The notes under the pieces were generated by a model. It was not told where the DNA came from, ran no database searches, and saw only the letters and a program-made list of their open reading frames with translations. The position numbers and the translations under genes are program-made. Positions 54,601 through 64,000 of a stretch of 64,000 nucleotides of DNA are shown piece by piece (position 1 is the first letter of the stretch; each line of letters begins with the position of its first letter). Source of the DNA: Balamuthia mandrillaris. Its lineage: Eukaryota. The stretch lies in NCBI GenBank assembly GCA_031835245.2, contig JAVKOQ020000082.1, positions 1 through 64,000 of the forward strand, given 5' to 3'.

Positions 54601-57600
54601 CGCCAATCGAATCTACAATGCCGTTCAAGGCTATCGCTCCAAAGAAAAGGGTTGGCTCGCTGTCGCTGGTGATAAGCTCTATTACCGATCTAGCAATACT
54701 GGCTCTGCCTCCCTCCTCGCTCTTAACCTGGAGACATTGACGGTAGGCTGTCCTTAGCTTGCTATTTTCATATCTACCCTTTTGTTTAACATGAGTTTGT
54801 TTGGGTTTGCTTTGGTTTGATAGGAAGAAGCAGAATTTAGGTCACCAACGTTTAAAGCAGCGTTACCTCAGCTATCTGCTCCGCCAACTCCAGCTGAAGA
54901 TCAAACGAAAAGAAAGAAAATGGAAGAAGAGGAAGAAGCAAAGGAAAAAGAGCAAGCATCCCCTTCTTCGTCTACCCCCGCCGCTCCTACTGCTACTGCA
55001 CCTATCGATGCTTCGGAATCACAACAGAACAACCAAAACGACACCGAAAGTAATACAGAACAAATACCGATGAGTAAACTGAAGATCATTCAACTAGACA
55101 AATCGTCTCAGCACTTCCATCCTGAGAAAAACGAGCTCACCGAGTTTCGGTCTCCCCTTTTGTCTGATGGGAGATATCTGTACATCGTAAGCAAACTAAC
55201 CTCTCCGCAGGAGCAACAGCAACAGCAACAACAAGCCAACAAACCTGCTTCTAGCAATGATCTCTTGTCTCCCAGTGCAGCTGCTGCGAGCCTGTTTCCT
55301 CCCAAGAAATTTGGAACAGTGCCTCAAACCTCCTCTGGCTTCACGCTTTTCTCCTCTTCGTCTTCCTCCTCGTCGGACAGTTCTGCCTCTTCCCAGTCAA
55401 GTGGCTTTGGTGCATCAACACCATCCACTACTACTTCCTCCTCCTCCTCGGTTACGTTTGGTGGATTCGGAAGTGGTTCTGGATCTTTATTTGGAAGTAG
55501 CAGTAACTCTTCTTCCTCCTCTTCATCATTTGGTGGTTTTGGCTCTTCTTCACCCTCGTTGTCATCTCCTGGTTTTGGCTCGTTGGCTTCTTCTTCTTCT
55601 TCTTCTTCCCCATCGCTTGGAGGATTTGGCTCTTCTTTACCCTCGTTGTCATCTCCTGGTTTTGGTTTGTTAGGCGCCACCTCAGCTCCATCCAGTTCCT
55701 TCAGCTTTTCCAACGCCACCACTCCCTCATCTTCCTTTGGGGGCTTCGGTTCAACAACAAGTTCCTCGTCTTCTGCTTTCGGTGGTGGCTTCGGTTCGAC
55801 AACAAGTTCCTCGTCTTCTGCTTTCGGTGGTGGCTTTGGTTCAACTGGTGGAGGATTTGGCAGTACTGCTACAAGCTCGTCCTTTGGGTCAGGTTCTTCC
55901 TTTGGAGGCTTTGGTTCAACAACAAGTCCCTCTTCTACTTTTGGTGGTGGATTTGGTTCGACCGCTGGAGGATTTGGAAGTACTTCCTCCTCCTCTGCAT
56001 TTGGTGGTTTTGGTACTGCCACTACTCCTTCGTCTTCTTTTGGCGGCTTAGGAGCCCCGCAAACCTCCTCTTCATCTTCGTTTGGCGGCTTCAGCTCTGG
56101 AGGAAGCTTTGGAGGCAGCGGCTTTGGAGCGTATACCACCACTGGAGGATTTGGTTCGACACTCTCCTCCTCTCCGTTTGGAACTCCATCTTCCACTTCA
56201 GGCGCGTTTGGATCGACTACTACTCCTGCCACCTCTACTCTTGGTGGATTTGGAAGTTCTCCTTCTTCAGGTGGCTTTGGATTTGGCTCAACTCCTTTTG
56301 GCACTGAATCTCCTTCTTTTGGTAGCGGAGGTTTTGGCAGCAGCTCTTCTTCCTTTGGAGGGGGTTTTGGAAGCACTTTTGGCGGTGGCTTTGGGTCCAC
56401 CACTCCATCTTCTACTCCTGCTTTCGGTTTTGGCTCGACTGGAGCAACAATTTCTTCTTTGTCTTCTACCCCTTCTTCCGGAGGAAGTGGTGGCGGCTTA
56501 GGGAGCCGCGCTACTGGCTCTATCTCCTCTGGCGGGAGTGGCGACTTTGGTTCCTCTGCATTTGGTGGTGGAGGTTTTGGGTCGACCGCTGCTTCCCTTT
56601 CTTCGGCCTCCAGTGTTCCACTGGGAGGAATTGCAACTTCTGTTCCATCTTCTACCACCGCCACTACAAGCCCAAGTGATGGCGCACCTCAAAGAGAAAG
56701 GCTATGGATGATTGGCGTTCCTACTACTTATGATGAAGAGAGGATTAGGGAGCTGCTCGTTCCTTTTGGTCGTATTACCTTCTTCTTCATGGCCCGTGAT
56801 TCCAGCGGACAATTTACTGGCCGTGTTCTTGTGGAATACAGAGACATTACCTCTCGAGGAGAAAGCGGAACCGAGGAAGAGCGTCCCGTTGTAGATCGTG
56901 TAATCGATGCTCTGAACGGATTCCCCCTGGAGGATTCCACGCTGTCCTTCGAGAGAGTGCCAGTGCCGCAGGATCAACCTACCACCACTAGCACCCCTCT
57001 TTTCGGTTTAACATCTTCTTCTCCTTCTTCGGATAGCACTACTTCTTCCACTTCCATTTTCGGTAGCGCGACTACGCCCTCTCCTACTTCCGCGCTTCAG
57101 ACCAACCCTGCTCCATTTGGAATACCGCTGACCACTCCCCCATCCACCGGCACTTCATTGCCGATCCCTGCTGCACCAGCGCCTTCTTCTTTGTCCTCTG
57201 CTTCTTCTTCGTCTGCTTTTTCATCTTTCCTAATGAGCAGCGAGGAGAGAGCCAAGAAAGAGGCCGAAGACAAGTATATTGTTGAGATCTTTGATCCCCA
57301 ACTGGAAGGCATGCCCTTGATTCGCCGCGTGCAACTCAAGAATCCAACTGGTCTCTTCTCTTTCTTTATTCCATATTTTACTCTCTCTTCTCTCTCTCTC
57401 TCTCTCTTTGCTATATGTCTTTCTCTTTCAATTTGTACTAAGATCTCTTTGTTTGTTTGTTTTTAGGTTTGAAACTGTTCCTTAAGAACAACGGCACAAC
57501 TGTCTTCACTCCACCCGCTCCCAGGGAATGGGCCGGCTTCGACTTTCAGGTCATTACTGCCATGCCTCAGTACAGCCACTATTCCTTGGAGGAATTGCGT

Positions 57601-59966
57601 GCATTGTACTATCAACCCGGCATTGAGATTCCTCCCTTCACTTTAACCCAAAAGATCCTTCGTTCCGGCCACTTCTTCACTGATGGGCAATATCTGATGG
57701 TGGTTGTGGAGACTAACAGTAGCACCGCTCAACCACAACTGGATGACAGCCTCTCGAACAAAGACCAGTCGTACATATGCCGTTTGTTCTCATTGGCGGA
57801 TGGAGCTCACATTTGTGACTCCATCTCGGATCGAGTTCTTCCGAATTTCCATCTGGGTAAATTCTCTCTCTCTCTCTCTCTCTCTATCTTGCTCTTGCTC
57901 TTTCTTTTTTTTTTTTAATCGTCTTCAACTACAAAAAGGCTTTTCTCTGTACGACTACTTGATGTCACCTGCGAACATTCAAGAGCTACCAGAATGTGCG
58001 CTTCCCCAAAAGATCCACGACAGGGAGCGGGAATACCAAGCTAGAGAAGAACAAGAGAAAAGAAAGGCTCAAGCTAAAAAACTCGCAGCTGTTGGCATTG
58101 AAGCAGTAGGTAAAGAAGAGGAAACAGAACTAGAAGCAACATCAAAGAGTGCAGAACCAGAAGTTGCTGGCAAAGAAAAGAGGCCCGAAGAAAGCAAGGA
58201 TAAGGAGAAGGAGGAAACTGCCTCTTCTTATGCTATCGTACCGCCCAGACAACCTATCTCAGCGATGCACGCATCAATATCCATTTTGTGCTTCCTCGAC
58301 TTCTTCTCCAAGCATTTCCAGGCCACCAGAGAATTCAAGGACAAGAAGGAACAAGACAAGGACAAGTCTGACAAACCTTCAACAACACCCTCTTCTACGT
58401 TTGGCTCTAGTTGGGCATCTTTCTCTGCCAACGCGCCAACAGGTGGTTTTGGAACCTCTGTTGCATCATCAACTGATGGTGTTGCCAAAAAAGATGGTGA
58501 AGAGAAAGAAGGCAAGACAACGGAGGATGACCTTCAAAATATCTGCATCTACGACCATAGCGGCCAAAAGATCTTCACGTTGACCTCTTCGCCGCAGGTG
58601 TTTGCGCATCTTCTTTCTATCATCGAGTTCTATGGCACGCTCTTCTTCCCTGCTGTTGCTCCCAGCTCCACTTCAGCTTTCATCTTCGCGTCCTTGGCTG
58701 TTAACGACGTGCGTGCTACATGGAAAGAATGTGTACAGAAAGCCCATGTGCTATTGACCAGCATGAAGATCTTTCGACGAGCTCTCCATCACGCTCTTCA
58801 CTCGGAGCGTAAGTTTGTGTTCAGCTTATCCAGCCAAACGAATGCCGCTGAGACGGAAGAACGTTGCAAGCGACATATTCGTGACTTATTGATGCGTTTC
58901 ATCTCTGGGGTCGAGTTGGGCACAACTCTCTCTAGCTTTTCTGTGGAGCAGAAACAGATAGTTGCGGAGAGTCTTCGATTGATACAGAAAACAAGCTGCG
59001 AAATCTTGGTCTCTGCCTTTGACTACTTTTACACTTCGAAGGAGCTTTGCGAGCTACTCTGCGAGTTGTTGCAAGAGCTGGGTTCCGCTTCTTCTTCCAG
59101 CAACAACTTGATTCATGCGAGAGGCTTGCTTAGCCACATGTTAGTGGATAAACTCACCAAAGCCTACTTCTTGCCGCTCTGTCACATCAACCAGAGGACC
59201 GCACTCGCAGAACAAGTAGCGCGATTAGAGAAGTTACATAAGACCTTGGTTGAAGAAGCAGCACCAAAGCAACAAGAGAGTAAGGAGGAGCCAGAACAAC
59301 AAGTGTCACAAGAAGAGGAGAAGAACAAGAAAGAGAAGCCCATAGATGACTCGGAGAGCAACGCGAAAAAAGAAGAAACGGAAGAAGAAGCTCAACATCT
59401 ACTCAAAGAGAGCATTAGCTCTTCCGAAGAAGCGTCTTCACAGCAAGAGGCATTGATGGGCATTGTTGGACTTTTGGTCAAGATTGTTGCGCTCGAGTTC
59501 AAGAACCACTTGGAAACGGCGATGATCCCTTCTCAAAAGTTGCCATTCGTGACCGCTTCACAAAATCTCGCTATGTTGAGCAGCTTCCAGAAGAATATCT
59601 GCGAGTTGAGCACCAAAGATCTCCTTGACAACAACTCAGCTGCTAATGCAGCTCTTCTTGACAACGCTTCTCTGTTCCGAGGTCACAATGACACCAAGTC
59701 TCCTACTTCTGCTGCACCGTCTTCACACAAGGACCAAGTAGAAGCTCTTCTTACACAGCACAAAGAAAGGGCTAAGCTATTTACGCTTCGCATTTTGGCG
59801 GGGTACACGAAGATTATCACAAAACAAGCCACCATTGTTCTGGAGAGCATGTTCAAGTACCTCCAGGAACACCCATTGCCTCCTCCTGCCTCTTCTACCC
59901 GTACTATCGAGACGTACACATCTACACCCACTCCTGATGGTTCTACGCTTGGTCGTCACCTGTAAG

Positions 59967-60015
<49 letters not shown>

Positions 60016-63000
60016 CCTCCTCCGTTAGCTCTGCTCTATCTATGTTCGCTGTTCTCTGCTCTTCACTTCGCTCCTAACAAAGAACATTGTTGCAGTGCAT
60101 CAACCCGCAAAGACACAACAGACGAAACTCCAAACATTACGCATATTTTGCAAGAGTCGTTTGTTGGGGTTTTGCTACCTTCCTTGGTGGCTTCCATGAA
60201 CACGTTCGCCCAGCACACATCGCTCTCTGCCCAAATGCTTCCCATTTTTCTGCCCCTGTTGGAGGTGTTGGACAAAGTGTGTCAGCTCGTTCCAGAGGCT
60301 CAACATGCAGAAAAGGCCTTCATTTCCAGCATCTTAGGAGGCAATTATCAAACCAGTGGGCTTTTGTATGTTTTCCGCTTCCACTCCTCATTTCTGCACT
60401 TTTGCTCAATTCTTCTCTCTTTCTTATGTTTTTTTTAAAATTTATTGTCAACTCTCTTGTGCTGTGTATAGGGACTCAGTGACACCCTATTCATGGTTGA
60501 TGAAGCTCCACAAGACTCTGTCGTTCTTCTGTGGCACTGCTGCTGCTCGCCTAATTCAAGGCAATAGCACTACCGACGAGGAAAACAGGTACAAGACCTG
60601 GATAGAGTCTCGCCTCTTCAAAGGTGGTCTGGAACGTCCATCACATCAACAAGGTGGTTTGCACCTGACCCGAGCACAATTCTTGGAGTCACTCTTGTCC
60701 TTGCAGCCAGCCGACTCGCAAGCAACTCTGCTTGCCGCTTGGATGAACGAGAATATAACTGCCAAGAAGCCTCTTGGCAAGATGGGTGGAGATGAAGGTA
60801 TTCATTTCTTCTTTCTCTTTGATCCACATAGCAAATTCTCACCAAACAACAACAAAATATAATAACAGTGAGCCAAGCAGAACGTGCTTGCGTTGCCGCA
60901 CTGCTTAAGCACAATAATCTAGTAAACGAAGCAATGACATTTGCTCACTGGCTAGAGGGTCACAAGGACTCGCAATCAGAAAAAGGCGAGATTGTTGCTC
61001 CTCCCGGTTTGCAGAAAGTTTGGGAACTGGCTTACGATCTACGCGTGCATCTTATTCGAACAGGGCAACAAATGCAAATGGCCCAGGCGGAGAATGCTAA
61101 ATCTAGGTGATGTGTCGTTCTTCCTCTCCTTGTTTAATATTTGTTGTTTTAACTGACTGACTGTCATAATTGTCTTCGTTCTTGTTTAGGGCTGAGATTT
61201 ACACGGAGTTGGCAAAACCTATCGTGGAGAAGGCTCGCTTCTTGTTGAGTTTGGCTGCGCCCGCCCAGAAAAAAGTAAGACTGAATGTGTCTGCTTCTGG
61301 AGAAGAGGAGGAGAAGGATGAACTGGAACACAAAGACCGCAACGCCTCTCCCAGTTTGTCCGGCCGCGACTCTCGTCAACGTCTCACACGATCCACTTCT
61401 TCCGCATTGAGGCGTTCGGGAAGTCCTCCCAGCACCCCACGGCAGCTCTCTCGAGCTCGTTCTTCCAGCATCATGGAAAGAAAGAAGCGCAAGCAAAAGG
61501 TGGTAGATGCCTATGCCCTGGACGATAGTTCTACTCTGGAGGGAGGGACTGGTGGTTCTAGCGAGAACCAAAGAAGAGTGCAACAATCTTTCAAGATTTG
61601 GCGCTTCGTGAAAGAGATTTCCAGCGACCAAGTAGCTCAAATCACTTCTCCTGTTCGCCCTTCTTCCGCCTCGTCTGCTGCATCATCAACTTCGGCCTCT
61701 CCATCTACTCCCTCAGAGGCGAGCGGTGCTTCGAACTGGGCCGCCACTTCGCCAATTTCTGTCGCGTTCAAACAAGGAGGCGAACGCGGTAGCAACAACA
61801 ACTCTGCCGTTTCGGTTTCTAGCAGCATCACCTCCTTCCTTCAATCCAAGGATATCTCCGTGGAAAGCCTTCATCAGGTGCTGCAACAAAGGAAGGCTCG
61901 CGGCAAGCAACGCGTGCTGGGCCTCAAGTCGATGCAAACTGCTTTGGCCAATACGCAGACCATCAGTGTGAAGCATGATCTCTTCCGTTTCTTGCTATAC
62001 GGCATTCAGAACTTCAACAACACCACCCAACATCAACAACAGGACCAAGTTGCATTGTCTCCATCTGCCATTAAGTCCTCTCACTTCTTAGACAGAGTGG
62101 AAGGATGTGGTCCTCACGTAGCAGCTAAGCTTCAAGAGACGTTCTACTCCCTCTTTGACAGTCTGTTGAGCTATCTGCAGACAAACCTGGTGGAAGAGGC
62201 TCTACTGCGCTTCCTCACTGTTGAGATCTCTACCACCACCACCACCGAGAGCAACACCCTTGGAAGGGAGTTGCAACGCTTCAAGCTGCGTGCACGTAAG
62301 AGGGTTAGCCTCTTGTGCGCTAATGTTATCAAGATGTTGGTGCTGGAGCTTTGGGCTACTTCACAGTTCAGAGATACGGATCATAAGTTCTTGCAAAAGA
62401 TTCAGATCTTTTCCGTGTTGTTGACTCTGGTTCATCAAAGTAGAGAGGAAGATGAAGAAGAGAACCAACTACAGCTGCACCAGCAACAAAGCAACAACCA
62501 CGCAGGTGCACAAACAGCAAGTACTTCAACCACGCAAGACATAAAGAGCAGTACCACTACCACTTCTCCTTCCTTCTCGCAAACTTCGGGCATGTCTTCG
62601 TCTTCCTCTTCTTCATCACCATCCTCTTCGGCTCCATCCTTCATAATGCCATCCTTCTCCCTCGTTAAAGCTCAAAGAGAACAAGAAAACAAGGACAGAA
62701 GAAAAGCCCAAAAGGCATCATGGGTTACTCTCAAGCTCATGCTTACCCTCTGTTTGGGTTTGCAAAACGACAAAGAGCAAAGCGAGCTCAACGCCAGAAA
62801 TAAGAAGCTCTACGAGCAATACGTGGACCTCAAAGAAGATGAGGAACACGAGGAGGCGAAATTGCTCAAAGAAGAAATCGGAGAGTTGAACTCCTTTCAA
62901 ACCTCTCTATTTGACCTCATCTTGCAAGAGCTGGAACGTTCCATGCAACTTTTCAAGAAATACGAGAAGCAATTGCGTCAGCAACACGAACACGACAAAG

Positions 63001-64000
63001 AAGAGTCCTCGTTGTTTGCAGCCAATGCGTTCCTTCCCTGGCGCAAGTATGCAGTGGACAAGCTAGACTCTGCTGAGTTTTACAAAGCAGAGAAGAAGTG
63101 CTATGAATGGCTTTGCTTGGTCTACCCTATGACTAGCTCCAAAGTGGTTTGCAGCTACATCGCCTCCTCCTCCAGGAAGTCGATGGAGCTTATTTTCACG
63201 CTTCTTCTGTTGGGCTCTCTTCGCATCCAACGTCTCGTCTTCCGTCTTTTGAGGAGGCTTCTTCCCTTCCTAAAACCTGAGAGAGCGGATTATCTATGGA
63301 GAAACGCCACTCAAGGATTGAACCTACGTTCATCGACTTCTGCTTCCTCCGGCGCCCAGTCTGCATGGACCTCGTTGAATGCAGAGATGGCGGGCAACGA
63401 GGTGGGCATGATTGGTTTCTTGTTGGACGCCATTGGCAGCGCTTTGCTCAACGCATGTCCTCTGAATGATAATCATCTCACGCAAAGCGATATTCGAAAC
63501 TCGGCCATACGTTACTTGGCTTCACTAAAGAGCGAAAAGAAGAAAGTCGTGGACGCTGCGCAGTCTTCTTCATCTGCCTTAAGTGGTTCTACTTCCTCAT
63601 CTCCAACCTCATCGTCGGCATCATCATCAACTTCATCATCTGGGACGCTCTTTTCTTCCGCAACAACGGAGCAAGTAGGAAGCTTGTTTTCTCTACCTGC
63701 AACGACGTCTCTAGAGAACTCTACAGATGATCCTCTACGAATGACGAAACGTAAACTCGCTCTGCATCACCAATCACAACCACCTACTCCGACGTTGTCT
63801 GACCCCTTCGCCTCTCCCTCTTACGTGCCACCGGTGGTGGAGCAGCAAAGACGAGAGCAACTTGAGAGGAACTTGTCCTCCACCACTCGTGCGCAATCTT
63901 CGTTCGCGTTCCATAACGCACCCCGCATTTCGCTTTCTTCAATGCCTCCTCCTCTTCCTCCTTCGTCTTCCTCTCCGTCGGCTCCTTCCTCTCCAACTGG
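51630..64000 (+). CDS. Giant HECTD4/MYCBP2/HERC-like protein (N-terminal part; runs off window) with FG-repeat, RRM and GLEBS-like insertions
   Basis: Chain of spliced + strand exons, open from ~61190 to the window end. DGFLYLHNTGGLFKVGTGQHGTI...GWLAVAGDKLYYR is HECTD4/PHR-like; WIESRLFKGGLE, AERACVAALLKH and PIVEKARFLL are HERC-like. No catalytic domain is visible in the window. Confidence 0.7.

Noticed and set aside
55324..56664. 446-aa antisense Pro/Glu/Lys ORF
   Set aside because: Mirror of the Ser/Gly/Phe codons of the FG domain.
41..64000. Apparent ubiquitin-system cluster (F-box, TRAF finger, UBA3, LRR adaptor, giant ligase)
   Set aside because: The genes are scattered among unrelated loci and these families are abundant in eukaryotes.

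Overview
Gene-dense, intron-rich eukaryotic DNA. Introns are short GT-AG with (CT)n or T-rich tracts, and proteins carry poly-Ser/poly-Glu runs. The gene content and style suggest a free-living amoebozoan, possibly Balamuthia-like (inference only). About 25 protein-coding loci can be reconstructed: Frizzled/Smoothened-like receptor, TRAF-finger membrane protein, CHCHD2/10, two coiled-coil proteins, two TDP2-like EEP nucleases, UBA3, MOB1, RRS1, PSI-domain membrane protein, aspartyl protease, DEP/PH/Sec14 protein, AlkB-like dioxygenase, GT90, S28 peptidase, LRR protein, DUF1992 protein, GMP synthase, NAD-GDH, nucleoside hydrolase, MICAL-type monooxygenase, and a giant HECTD4/HERC-like gene that runs off the right end. 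Highlights: (1) a Nup98-like FG-repeat, RRM and GLEBS module inside the giant ligase-like protein; (2) a four-EF-hand MICAL monooxygenase; (3) an intronless LRR array of near-identical 69-bp units with hypervariable concave-face codons and a BC-box/Zn C-terminus; (4) a selenoprotein W-like gene (CxxU) with a type II SECIS, missed by the ORF track; (5) a short poly(A)-tailed retro-insertion with a 13-bp TSD; (6) a ~200-nt structured ncRNA candidate; (7) a CpG-poor F-box pseudogene at the left edge. Exon boundaries were inferred by eye and homologies from remembered motifs; no searches were run.
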